Below are positions 45,642-55,446 of a stretch of 64,000 bases of DNA, in pieces (position 1 is the stretch's first letter; each line of letters starts with the position of its first letter). The position numbers were made by a program, and so were the translations under genes. The notes beneath the pieces were generated by a model that made no database searches, was not told where the DNA came from, and saw only the letters and a program-made list of their open reading frames with translations. The stretch comes from Verrucomicrobiales bacterium (GTDB lineage: Bacteria; Verrucomicrobiota; Verrucomicrobiia; Verrucomicrobiales; V1-33): NCBI GenBank assembly GCA_031411295.1, contig JANOAV010000150.1, positions 1-64,000 on the forward strand. The letters are read 5' to 3'.

Positions 45642-46781
45642 CTACTTCACGACGCCGGCGCGATAGACGCAGGTGTGGCGGTAGGTCTCGCCGGGCTTTA
45701 GCGTCGTGGTGGGGAATGACGGGTGGTTGGGGCTGTCGGGATAGTGCTGGGTTTCCAGACAGAAGGCGCCGCGGAAGTTGTAGGTGCGTCCGTCGCGGCC
45801 TTTCTCGGGCTTGTCCATGTGATTGGCGGTGTAGATCTGGACGGCGGGCTCGGTGGTGAGGCATTCGAGAGTGCGCCCGGTTTTCGGATCGGTCACTTTG
45901 GCGGCGGGGCGAAGGGTGCCGGGCTTTCCTTCGACGATGAAGTTGTGGTCGTAGCCGGCGCCAAATTTGAGCGGAGCGAAGTCTTTCTGATCAATGCGGT
46001 CGCCGATGCGGGTGGGCTTGCGGAAATCGAGCGGAGTGCCGGCCACATCTTTGATTTCGCCCGTGGGAATGAGGTCGGCGTCGGTGTCGGTGTATTGCGT
46101 GCTGTGGATCTGGGCGATGTGATCGAGGATGGTGCCGCTGCCGTGGCCGGCGAGGTTGAAGTAGCTGTGGTTTGTCAGGTTGATGACGGTGGTCTTGTCG
46201 GTGGTGGCCCGGTAGTCGATGCGGAGTTCGTTCTTGTCGTCGAAGGAATAACGCACCTCGCACTTGAGCGTGCCGGGGTAGCCTTCTTCACCATCGGGAC
46301 TGGTGTAGGTGAGGACCACGACCTGACCGCCGTCCCGAAAGGTGTAGTTCCCTTCCTCCCACAGCTTCTTGTCGAAGCCCTGCTTGCCCCCGTGGAGGCT
46401 GTTGGGGCCGTTGTTGACGGCGAGGGTGTATTCCTTGCCCTCCAAGGTGAACTTTCCTTTGGCGATGCGGTTGGCGTAGCGCCCGGTGAGTGCGCCGAAG
46501 AAGGGATGCCCGGCCTCATATTCCGCCAGCGATTCCTTGCCGAGGACGATGCTGTCCATCTTGCCGTCTTTGTCCGGGACGTTGAAGCTGACGACGATGC
46601 CGCCGTAATTGGTGATCTGAACACTGGCGCCGCTGGCGTTCTCCAGGGTGATGAGCTTGGCCTCACGACCGTCTTTTAGTTTTCCGAACGTAGTGACGAC
46701 GGGGTCTTTGCTCATGGCGGAGAGAGTGGTGAGCGTTAGCGCGGCGCTGCCTGCGAGGGCGGAGAGGATCGTGGTTTTCAT
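45642..46781 (-). CDS. galM: Aldose 1-epimerase (mutarotase) with signal peptide
   Basis: Start MKTTILSA at 46781. GRYANRIAKG, NSLHGG, DGEEGYPG, NLTNHSYFNL, GYDHNF, FCLETQHYPDSPN. Confidence 0.9.
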   Translation of the reverse strand: MKTTILSALAGSAALTLTTLSAMSKDPVVTTFGKLKDGREAKLITLENASGASVQITNYGGIVVSFNVPDKDGKMDSIVLGKESLAEYEAGHPFFGALTGRYANRIAKGKFTLEGKEYTLAVNNGPNSLHGGKQGFDKKLWEEGNYTFRDGGQVVVLTYTSPDGEEGYPGTLKCEVRYSFDDKNELRIDYRATTDKTTVINLTNHSYFNLAGHGSGTILDHIAQIHSTQYTDTDADLIPTGEIKDVAGTPLDFRKPTRIGDRIDQKDFAPLKFGAGYDHNFIVEGKPGTLRPAAKVTDPKTGRTLECLTTEPAVQIYTANHMDKPEKGRDGRTYNFRGAFCLETQHYPDSPNHPSFPTTTLKPGETYRHTCVYRAGVVK

Positions 46782-46846
46782 GGTGTGAATAGGGTCAGCC
46801 CGGACAATCAATGAGACTTTGTGCCTTGATTGGCAAGTCTGGTTTT

Positions 46847-47452
46847 TCTGATAGGAATTTACTTTTTCAGGGGGGCGTTGGATTGGGGATCGGAATCGGG
46901 GAGTGAGGGGGGCTGGGGGGAGAGAGGGGTGTGGGAAGGAGGTGTGATGAAGGAAAAAGGATGAATCAGAGGTGTGCCCGGCCATCGTGCGGTCAATAAT
47001 GATGTTCTGCATGGGATGACGGGGCGGTTCATGGGGGATTTTTTATTGTCGTGAGTATAGCTCTCCTGCTCCGCGTTACCAAGGTTTTCTTGGCTGCGGA
47101 TTTTTGAGGATTTTCCTTCGGTCACTTCCTAGCGTTTAGGCGGATTCTAGGACGAGGATGCGGCCGTCTCCGAGGTCGATTTCTGGAGCTTTCCAGGCTT
47201 GGTCGGCGCTTGCGTCGGCGCTTTGGTCCCAGAGTTCTAGGTTTTCAGAGGGAGGCGCTTCGTCTTCGTCGGCGGGGATCCAACCTCGGATAGCTCGCCA
47301 CGGTGGATGGATGGGTTCGAGCAAGTTTTATTTTCTCTGTCTTTATGGACTGACATCTAAGCAGAATGCGGCTATGCCGGTTTGCAGTGCCGCTCATCGC
47401 GGCATGGCGTTGCTGGCTTTTGGGTGGGATGTGTTCGATGGCGGCTAGGAAG
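46847..47452 (-). mobile_element. IS91-family (rolling-circle) element remnant, copy 1
   Basis: Terminus tctgataggaatttactttttcaggg. Transposase C-terminal tail EPIHPPW.AIRGWIP...WKAPEIDLGDGRILVLESA (47136-47324). Fragment LDFLAAIEHIPPKSQQ (47408-47456). Confidence 0.75.
47054..47082 (-). promoter_or_regulatory. Sigma70-like outward promoter TTGGTA-17-TATACT in IS91 remnant copy 1
   Basis: Minus strand ttggta acgcggagcaggagagc tatact. Equivalent sites exist in copies 2 and 3. Confidence 0.6.
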
Positions 47453-47501
47453 TCAAGATTTATTTTCTCTGTCTTTTTGTTAATACATCTCTGTCTTTTT
47501 G

Positions 47502-47615
47502 TTAATGCATCCGATCCTTCTCCAGATTCCCAAACAAAAACTGCCCCCGGCTCGTGCGCGTAATTGCATGATAAACCGTGGGTTCCGAGGTGACTGTGAG
47601 ACGTGCTTGGGACAT
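47502..47615 (-). pseudogene. N-terminal fragment of an IS200-like/REP-associated (Y1 HUH) transposase
   Basis: MSQARLTVTSEPTVYHAITRTSRGQFLFGNLEKDRMH* fits the YH...R....FLF N-terminal pattern of Y1 transposases. Truncated at the junction motif. Confidence 0.5.
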
Positions 47616-47709
47616 GGCGGGAGTATGGGGCCAGGAGTTTAGTTAGTCTAGACTTATTCTCCCCGTCTTTCTGTCAATGCACTATTGTGGTAGTGATGAT
47701 CTCAACGGA

Positions 47710-50577
47710 TTAAGGTGCGATTACGCGATAAAATCTCCGTTGAGCATTAATTGCCGTCGGATCATTTTTCATAACCTCGCGGCCGGTGCCCAAAACATCT
47801 CCCAAAACATTCAGCCAAGTAGCGTCGTTCAGATCCGATTTGTATTGCAGTCTATAGTTTACATTCAAAAGTGAATACCATGTCAAAGCGAAGCCGCCAC
47901 CGTCCAGCCTCAGGCCTTTAATTATTGGGCGCACATTCGCATCCCCCCACAAACGAGCAAATCCATCGACAGGGAGTTCATGAACTTTGCTGATAGAGCC
48001 GCCGATCAGCACATGTCCATCTTTTTGGACAGAAACCGTCTCTACCCAATCGACGTCGAGAAATTGGAAGTTCATCGCTTGTTGAAAGCTAGTGTCGAGA
48101 GAACCGTTCGCATTCAGCCTGGCAACAGGCCCTCGCGCCACACCATTAACCTTATCAAATTCACCCCCAATGAGCACTTTGCCGTCGGCTTGCAGCGCTA
48201 CAGAGTGAACCTGAGCGTCTGCGCCACTGAGACCATTTTGAAAGTTTGTGTCCAAACTGCCATCATCATTGAGTCGCGCAATACCCGATCTGGGCTGGGA
48301 ATTAACATTCGCAAAATTGCCACCGATAACGACCTTGCCGTCGTTTTGCAAAATTAGGGACCGAATCCAACTTGAAGCACCCGAGAGGCCATTCAGGAAG
48401 GAAGTATCAAGCGATCCGTCCGTATTGAGCCGTGCAATGTTTTTGCGCGCGATGCCGTCTATCGTAGTGAATTGCCCGCCTATTACCACTTTACCGTCAC
48501 TTTGTATTGCGAGCGACCAAACAATGGCTCCACTTGAATCGACGAGGTTCGGCTTGAAATTGGCATCCAGAGAACCGTCAGTATTCAACCTAGCGACAGC
48601 AGTGCGAGTCGCACCGTTGAATGTGGTAAAAAATCCGCCGATGACAAGTTTCCCGTCGCTCTGCACTTTTACAGAAGCAACGCGACTGTTCGCTCCAGCA
48701 AGACCGTTGAGGAAACCAGTATCGAGTGATCCATCAGTGTTCAGCCGTGCGATCTTATTTCGACTAACGTCATTCACCATGTTAAAGTCTCCGCCGATCA
48801 CGATTCGACCGTCTGGCTGTTCCGCGAAGGTCCAAACGTTGCCACTGGCTCCCGACATTCCCTTTAAAAAACTTGTGTCCAACGAACCGTTGGAATTCAA
48901 TCGAGCAAACGAGTTGCGCGTGACACCATGAATAGTTTGAAAAGAGATTCCCGCGATAAGAATCCTACCGTCAGCTTGCTCTTTCATGCTGCCTACAAGC
49001 CCAGCGGTCCCACCGTAAGAATTGATGCCGACCGTCCCATTTTGAAAACTTTGATCGAAGGTGCCATCCGAATTCAATCTTGCGATCGAATTGATACTCG
49101 TGTTGAACGCTTTAACGAAACCGCCGCCTGTGAGCACTTTCCCATCGGATTGAACGGCGGTAGAGTTGATTCTTAGATTGGCGCCGAAAGACCAATTGAG
49201 AAAGCTGTTGTCCAATGTGCCATCTGAATTCAGACGGGCCACCCCAGGACGATTCACACCAAATACTGAAGTGAACGCGCCACCGATGATCATTTTGCCA
49301 TCATCCAGAGGAACAAAAGACTTCACAGGCGGCGAATAACCGTCAGAACGCCCGGTTACTCCGCTTTGAAAACTTGCATCGAGTGAACCGTCAGAATTCA
49401 AGCGTGCAATATTCGACTGCGCAACGCCATTGACGAAGTTGAAATATCCTCCGACAAGAGTTCTGCCATCGCTTTGTTGTGCCAAAACCGGTGCCGGAAA
49501 TCCGCTTGGGGAAATAATGCCGCTCATGCCATTCTGAAAAGAAGTGTCGAGCGAACCGTCAGAGTTTAGACGCGCGATTCCACGCCTTGTGATGCCATTG
49601 AAAGTAGTAAAGGTGCCAGCGATTACAATCTTGTCGTCGCTTTGAGTCACAACAGATGTTACGTTTTGATTTGGACCGGAACCAATCAAAAAGCTGGTAT
49701 CCTTCGTGCCATCGGCATTTAGCCGAGCAAGGTTCGGACCATCACCTCCCACAATGATCTTTCCGCTACTTTGTATCGCGACAGAACGAAGGGCATAACC
49801 GGTGCTGGGGAGCCCATTTTGAAAGGCGGTGTCAATAGACCCATTGGCGTTGAGCCGGGCCACGTAGTTGTGCGACAGCCCATTGATAGATTTGAAATTA
49901 CCGACGATGACAATTTTCCCATTTTCTTGCAGCGCCATAGCCAAAATTTCCGCCCCTGATCCCGAAAGGCCATCCATAAAGCTGGAATCGTTAGTGCCAT
50001 CTGGATTTAATCGTGCAATTGCTCCACGCATGGCACCACTTACGTTCCAAAAGGCTCCGCAGATCAAGATGCGTCCGTCAGGCTGCACGAGAACCGCATC
50101 AACCCAACTGCTGATGGCCCCCCCCCATGCGAATGAATAGTCCAGCGCCCCAGCAGAGGGTGAGATTACGCTTAATGCTGCGTTTGAGCTGGTCGCGCTT
50201 CCTTCCGCATTTGTGACCACCACAGTATAGCTGCCCACATCGGATAGCTGTGCATGAGAAAAGGAGAGTTGGTAACTCGTCGAGCCTTTGATCGGCACTC
50301 CATCTTTTTTCCATTGATAGCCTAGCGGACTCGTTCCTTCAGCAATCACGCTGAATACTGCGGGTTGGTCTGGTATTACGGCGCGGTCTACGGGAGGATA
50401 AGCGATGGTCGGCGGCGTTGCTTTTGCGAAGGGAGCGATTAGGGCTGAGAGGAACGGAAGCAGGCAACAGAGCATCCTCTTTGCTGCATCTGCTCGAATT
50501 GTTCGCGCCCGATGCTGGAAGAGCTGGATGCGTCGCGCAAGGAAATTGCGAACTCGTTGTCCTACTAAGTAATTCAT
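47710..50577 (-). CDS. Ig-domain + delta-60 repeat beta-propeller secreted protein
   Basis: FSVIAEGTSPLGYQWKKDG (Ig). Many repeats A.QSDGK.VIGG.F..VNG..R..IARLN.DGSLDTSF. Start at 50577 or 50475. Confidence 0.85.
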   Translation of the reverse strand: MNYLVGQRVRNFLARRIQLFQHRARTIRADAAKRMLCCLLPFLSALIAPFAKATPPTIAYPPVDRAVIPDQPAVFSVIAEGTSPLGYQWKKDGVPIKGSTSYQLSFSHAQLSDVGSYTVVVTNAEGSATSSNAALSVISPSAGALDYSFAWGGAISSWVDAVLVQPDGRILICGAFWNVSGAMRGAIARLNPDGTNDSSFMDGLSGSGAEILAMALQENGKIVIVGNFKSINGLSHNYVARLNANGSIDTAFQNGLPSTGYALRSVAIQSSGKIIVGGDGPNLARLNADGTKDTSFLIGSGPNQNVTSVVTQSDDKIVIAGTFTTFNGITRRGIARLNSDGSLDTSFQNGMSGIISPSGFPAPVLAQQSDGRTLVGGYFNFVNGVAQSNIARLNSDGSLDASFQSGVTGRSDGYSPPVKSFVPLDDGKMIIGGAFTSVFGVNRPGVARLNSDGTLDNSFLNWSFGANLRINSTAVQSDGKVLTGGGFVKAFNTSINSIARLNSDGTFDQSFQNGTVGINSYGGTAGLVGSMKEQADGRILIAGISFQTIHGVTRNSFARLNSNGSLDTSFLKGMSGASGNVWTFAEQPDGRIVIGGDFNMVNDVSRNKIARLNTDGSLDTGFLNGLAGANSRVASVKVQSDGKLVIGGFFTTFNGATRTAVARLNTDGSLDANFKPNLVDSSGAIVWSLAIQSDGKVVIGGQFTTIDGIARKNIARLNTDGSLDTSFLNGLSGASSWIRSLILQNDGKVVIGGNFANVNSQPRSGIARLNDDGSLDTNFQNGLSGADAQVHSVALQADGKVLIGGEFDKVNGVARGPVARLNANGSLDTSFQQAMNFQFLDVDWVETVSVQKDGHVLIGGSISKVHELPVDGFARLWGDANVRPIIKGLRLDGGGFALTWYSLLNVNYRLQYKSDLNDATWLNVLGDVLGTGREVMKNDPTAINAQRRFYRVIAP

Positions 50578-50580
50578 CTG

Positions 50581-51311
50581 TCTGATAGGAATTTGCATTT
50601 TCAGGGAGGGCGCTGGATTGGGGGGGGCGGAATCGAGGAGAGAGGGACTGTCTGTCAATTTTGGCGCTCTGCATGGGATGACGTGCCGATTCCTGGTGAA
50701 TTTTTAAGATAAGTAAACATAGCTCTCCCGCTCCGCGTTGCCAAGACTTTTCTTGGCTGCGGATTTGTTCGATGAACCCTACCTACTCGGTGTATTCCAG
50801 GACGAGAGTGGGGCCGTCTCCGAGGTCAATTTCTGGGGCTTTCCAAGCTTGGTCGGGGCCTTCGTCGGCGCTCTGGTCCCGTGTCGGAGGCGGGTGGTAG
50901 CGGGTGAAGCCTGCGGCAAGGTCGCCACAACGGAGGTAGTCTTGGACGTGGGTGATGGTCTCTGGGCACAGGGGGCCCATGGTGGGGCGGTGGTCCTTTT
51001 CGTAGCAGGAAATGAACTGGTCCCAGGTGTGGTGGATGATTTGCCAGAGGGGTGAGGCGCGGGGGCGACGGGGGTGGGGGGCGGGTATGAGAAATGTTCC
51101 TAAGAACAGTATTCCGTGCTAGCAACTGGATAACACTGACCCATGGCGTTGCTGGCCTTTGGGTGGAATGTGTTCGATGGCGGCGGCGAGGAAGTCGGTG
51201 GCTTTGAAGACTTCGAAGTTGCGTTTGGTGTGCCAACTGCGGCGGGAGCGGCGGGAGCGGCGGGGAAATTATGAAGTAAGGGCAAGATTTATTTTCTCTG
51301 TCTTTATAGAC
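50581..51311 (-). mobile_element. IS91-family element remnant, copy 2 (internally deleted and rearranged transposase)
   Basis: Terminus tctgataggaatttgcattttcaggg. N-terminal RRPRASPLWQIIHHTWDQF...YLRCGDLAAGFTR is fused straight to the tail QAWKAPEIDLGDG. Separate fragment KRNFEVFKATDFLAAAIEHIPPKGQQ at ~51147-51230. Junction motif at 51281. Confidence 0.75.
50716..50744 (-). promoter_or_regulatory. Sigma70-like outward promoter TTGGCA-17-TATGTT in copy 2
   Basis: Minus strand ttggca acgcggagcgggagagc tatgtt. Confidence 0.5.
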
Positions 51312-51463
51312 TTGCAGTCTTTATAGGCTTGCAATTGGGACACGATGGATTTTTCCTCCATTTAAGTCAAATCGCATTCGACGTTGGTTTCCGCGCCCCA
51401 TCCTTGAGAGACCCAGGGAATCGAGCCCGCTTTAATCCGAAGCTTCGGGTGCTATGGAATGCC

Positions 51464-54400
51464 TCATCGGCTGAGTGCTGGGCAACCGCCGGGGCTGCCC
51501 TCGTGATCGTGGAGGGCGGCGGGTAAATCCGGGGTGGAGAGATCGCCCAGTGAGCGGGCGGCTTTGGTGCCCCAGAAGGAACTCCAGGTGCGCTGGGAGT
51601 GCGGCATTTCCAAGCTAGTGCAAAGCGGCAAGCCGTAGGAAGTGAAGGACGCTTGGTTGCTGAACTGCAAGCCGGGGGCGTCGTCTCGCGAGATATGGCA
51701 GCCCCGGCAGCCGATCTTGAAAGCACCGTAGAGGCCGGGCTTGGACCAACTGGGTGGGATGAAGGCGGCATCGAAACTTTCCGGACTAGCATTGGGGGCG
51801 CCACCATACCAACCGAGGATGAGCTTCGTGATGTCCGTCTGATGGCCGTCGCTGGTGGTCTGCGTTTTCACCACCCCGGCATTCATGCGGGCTAGTTCAT
51901 TTTTCTCCACGCCCCACTTGGGGTGGAACGTGTAGGACTCCAGATCGAAAGGTAGGAAGCGGGAACCGAGATCGCCTCCGCTGCCAGGGATGGCACGCCG
52001 GTCAATGGGGAGAAAATCCGGTGGGCCGGTTGTGCCGTGGAATGCTGGGATCGTTGGCTCGTAGCGTGATCCTCCATGGCAGGAAATGCACAGCCCGGGG
52101 ACGGCTTTGAATCCAGCGCGGTCGAGGTCGGCTGCTCTCCCGAGTTCCTGGTCGAAGTTGCCAGCATAAACGTAGAACCGAGTGTGCCGATGCAGTCCGC
52201 CCGTGAGATCGGCCCGCAGAGAGTAGTCCATGCACACGGTGGCAACTGCGCTGACACCCCGGCGGGCGTCTTCGAGGTTAGCATAATTCGTTACATAAAA
52301 GGCGACATCTGGCTGCCCATCTGCGGCCATCCGCACTCTCATGCTTTGCGCTCTGGCGAAGCCGAGATCCGCTAGATTGTAGTAATGGGCATTGGCATAA
52401 TCCTCAGCGGGAACGCCCGGTAGTGGGGCTCCGAACTCCGCTGGAAAGCCGTTCAGCGTTTTCCACGCAGTGAAGTTCCGTGGGGCTCGAATCGTTTGGT
52501 AATAGTCAGTGGAGGAGAGGTTTTCCGATAGCAGAATCCGTTGCCTTTCCGTGGAAAAATGATCCGGCACTAGCACCGCAGGATTGGAACTACGTGACAG
52601 GAAATGGTTTTCGTCCTCAAGGTCTGTAACCGTCGTGGCGTCTGGCCGCTTCAGGCCGGGGATGGATGAGCTGAGGCTTAGCAGCACTGGATGAAGGCGG
52701 GAATCCGTCGTGGCGGTGACCGTCCGCTGGATGACGACGCGTTTTTTCCATGGAGGCGTCCAGGTGGTGGCGGTGGAGAGGTCTGTGGGCAGCAGGCCTG
52801 GTGCCTGCCGTTGGTCCAGCACGCTCAGATCGAGCGGTGTCGCCAAGGGGAAAAAGAGTGTTCCAAATGTCCAGTTCGTATCGCTTGGCCCCTTGATGGT
52901 GATGGGAAAGGTGCTCTTGCCTACCATGACTTCGAACGGGTAGTTCAGTGAGCGATCTGCTTCGAAACTTAGTTCTCCCGCGGCCCGGTGTTCACCCAGG
53001 AAATAAAGGCCACTCTTCGTCACGGGAAGAATGATGCCGCTGCTTCCGGCAGTGCTAGTGGCTGTGTCGGCGGGATCGAATAGCGCTGAGGTCTCATTTT
53101 GCCAATAGGCGTCATAGTTCCTGGATAGTGGCAAGATGGCTGCCGTCGGAAATGCGAGATTTACCCCTGTTAGGATCAGTGGGGCTCCCGCATCTGTGCG
53201 GATGTCCACCCAGGCGGCGTGGGTGGGGTCCAGCAATTGATTCGCGTAGAGGCCGGAATTGATGAACATGCCATGAGGCAAGGGCAGGCGGATCAACGGA
53301 TTGAAAGTAGCAGTGGAGACTGTGATCGGTCCAGTATAGGGCAAGCCTGCGCTCGTCTGGAGGCCTCCAGCCATAATTCCTACGGACATTCCATTGGAAT
53401 GAGTTACCGTCGTCGGGCTGCCATTGTAAGTCAGTGTGCTCGTCACAGTAGGAACGAGTGGGAAGGTCTGCTCATTGGGCAAGCTGGAGTTGAAGGCCCA
53501 GAGGAATCGCACGTAGCCGGGTTTTTCCACCCGCACCAGATAGTCGTAGTGAGGGGCCGGATAGCCATAGGAGTAGAAACTCGGATGCACATTGGATTCA
53601 AAGTAGCCGTTTGCATTGGTGGAACTCGAAACAGGCACGCCGTCTGGCGGGCGGCAGGTGATCGTGGCCCCGGAGAGCGGGGAGAGTGCATCTGGCGAAG
53701 CTGGATCCCAGGCCGCCACCATTCCAGAATAGGCCCCCACCGCCCCCGCCGGTGGGCTGAAGATTCGGAACGTGCGGAACGTGGTGAAACTCGTGCTCGC
53801 AAGGTCGGATAAATTGAGCCGGATGGTGACGTCCTGATCCTTCGAATCAGCCTGGAAGGAGAACTCTGGAAACTCCTTCTTCTGCTTGTCGCCCTTTCCA
53901 TCGAGCGATTCCACGTGCCAACGATGGTCCAGCGGCAGCCCCTTGGGATTGTCCGCCTCCGCATGGAACTCTACCGGCACACCGGGTTTGATTTGCTCCA
54001 CTTCTTTTCCATTTTGCCACGCAGAAATACGAGTCGCGCGGGGAGGCGAGTCGGTGAACTTGAGATCACGGATCGGCGGCTTGCCTTGCTCTTCTTCTGA
54101 GGGGTTGATGGTTAGGGATGTTTCCAGATTCTGGTAACTCACCTTGATAGTTACAGGGTAGTCCCCAGACTCCGGCGGAGGAGCCGCATAGCCGCCTTGG
54201 GCATCGGCCATCACTTCGCTAATCAGAGTTGTGCCTTTCCTGAGAATTTGCACCGTAGCCCGATGAGAAATCCCCCAGAGCGGATCATCCATGCCAACAC
54301 GGGTGCCATCGGCAAACCGAATGCGGCCGAAGATACTGTGAGGGTCTGTAGCAATGGAAACCGGCTGGATGGTTGCGCCCTCCTGGCCCACCTGCAGCGT

Positions 54401-55246
54401 CACAGGCGGCCCGGGTATCCCTAACTGAGTAACCGTTTCCACGGTGTATGAGTCCGCTGACACAAACGGCGCCCTGAAGGCCCCTGATTCATCGCACTCA
54501 ATAAATAGTGGAATTTCCGAAATCGGGGCACCCACTCGTTTCAAGATCACCAACGCACCACCAGCTCTAACGTAGAGGGGCTGTCCATCAGGAGAAACGT
54601 ATTGATAAGCGGCGTAGCCATACACGGGCCCACCCGGTCCATACGTGCCCTGCACTGGCTCCGAGACATCACTTTGGCCCGCATCATTTTTGGCCACCAG
54701 GGTGATCGAATATTTGGCTCCTTTCGTCAGTTCCGGCAGCACGGCTGAAGCCGCCCAGCCCACATCCAGCACCAGATCCGACCCCAGTGGCAACAACGGT
54801 CCTGACCCTCCCGAGCCCATTTCGTGAATAATAATCAAATACCCGCCCGCCTCTGCAGCAGGCGTCCACGTCAGCCTCCAATCCGTCCGCCCCATCAGCA
54901 GCGCCACATCCTTCGGCACCGCAGGAGCCCCGGCAGGAAGCAGGGAAAAGAAGCCGCGCTGTTTTGCTGCATTGATCTCCGCCCGCCAGGAGCCATCCGC
55001 CGCCATGCTAGGCAGAAGGGTCGCAGCCCCCTCGAACTTTAGGTCCGTGGACCACTTCAGATCGTATGCTCCCGTGCCTGCGTTCCACCGCACGGCGTGG
55101 GTGGTTCCTTCCTGCAAGAAAGAAAACCCAGTCTCCGGCGGCGGGGCTTCCCCGAACGACCAAGCCGCCAGATAAATTGGCACCATGGCCCGAATCAGTT
55201 GCGCAAAGGCGCGAAAGCGGGATTTCAGAGGGTTCAAGCGTTTCAT
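51464..55246 (-). CDS. Large extracellular beta-sandwich protein with a C-terminal putative di-heme cytochrome c domain
   Basis: Hydrophobic N-terminus, FN3-like and carboxypeptidase-regulatory-like segments, CISCH (52076-52090) and CRGCH (51695-51709), and a downstream MPH as possible axial ligand. Confidence 0.7.
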   Translation of the reverse strand: MKRLNPLKSRFRAFAQLIRAMVPIYLAAWSFGEAPPPETGFSFLQEGTTHAVRWNAGTGAYDLKWSTDLKFEGAATLLPSMAADGSWRAEINAAKQRGFFSLLPAGAPAVPKDVALLMGRTDWRLTWTPAAEAGGYLIIIHEMGSGGSGPLLPLGSDLVLDVGWAASAVLPELTKGAKYSITLVAKNDAGQSDVSEPVQGTYGPGGPVYGYAAYQYVSPDGQPLYVRAGGALVILKRVGAPISEIPLFIECDESGAFRAPFVSADSYTVETVTQLGIPGPPVTLQVGQEGATIQPVSIATDPHSIFGRIRFADGTRVGMDDPLWGISHRATVQILRKGTTLISEVMADAQGGYAAPPPESGDYPVTIKVSYQNLETSLTINPSEEEQGKPPIRDLKFTDSPPRATRISAWQNGKEVEQIKPGVPVEFHAEADNPKGLPLDHRWHVESLDGKGDKQKKEFPEFSFQADSKDQDVTIRLNLSDLASTSFTTFRTFRIFSPPAGAVGAYSGMVAAWDPASPDALSPLSGATITCRPPDGVPVSSSTNANGYFESNVHPSFYSYGYPAPHYDYLVRVEKPGYVRFLWAFNSSLPNEQTFPLVPTVTSTLTYNGSPTTVTHSNGMSVGIMAGGLQTSAGLPYTGPITVSTATFNPLIRLPLPHGMFINSGLYANQLLDPTHAAWVDIRTDAGAPLILTGVNLAFPTAAILPLSRNYDAYWQNETSALFDPADTATSTAGSSGIILPVTKSGLYFLGEHRAAGELSFEADRSLNYPFEVMVGKSTFPITIKGPSDTNWTFGTLFFPLATPLDLSVLDQRQAPGLLPTDLSTATTWTPPWKKRVVIQRTVTATTDSRLHPVLLSLSSSIPGLKRPDATTVTDLEDENHFLSRSSNPAVLVPDHFSTERQRILLSENLSSTDYYQTIRAPRNFTAWKTLNGFPAEFGAPLPGVPAEDYANAHYYNLADLGFARAQSMRVRMAADGQPDVAFYVTNYANLEDARRGVSAVATVCMDYSLRADLTGGLHRHTRFYVYAGNFDQELGRAADLDRAGFKAVPGLCISCHGGSRYEPTIPAFHGTTGPPDFLPIDRRAIPGSGGDLGSRFLPFDLESYTFHPKWGVEKNELARMNAGVVKTQTTSDGHQTDITKLILGWYGGAPNASPESFDAAFIPPSWSKPGLYGAFKIGCRGCHISRDDAPGLQFSNQASFTSYGLPLCTSLEMPHSQRTWSSFWGTKAARSLGDLSTPDLPAALHDHEGSPGGCPALSR

Positions 55247-55446
55247 AAGCTAGGCTGCAAGGGATGGATATGGTTTAAAATTGCGCTAGTGCCTCCACGG
55301 ACAGGGAACAAGAGATGGCGTCACTATGGGGAAGAACCTTTCCTCGGCAGAAATGACAAAAATCCCAAAATTTCTCCAAAAAAGTTCTCAGCCCAGCTAA
55401 TCAGCGGGCGGAAGCGAATCGCTGCTGCCCTGCGCCAGAGCCTGTC

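Noticed and set aside
46782..47012. N-terminal extension of galM, and likewise 50578-50658 and ORF 55324-55608
   Set aside because: These are read-through translations of the IS91 end sequence (PIQRP.KK/QIPIR), not part of the cargo proteins.
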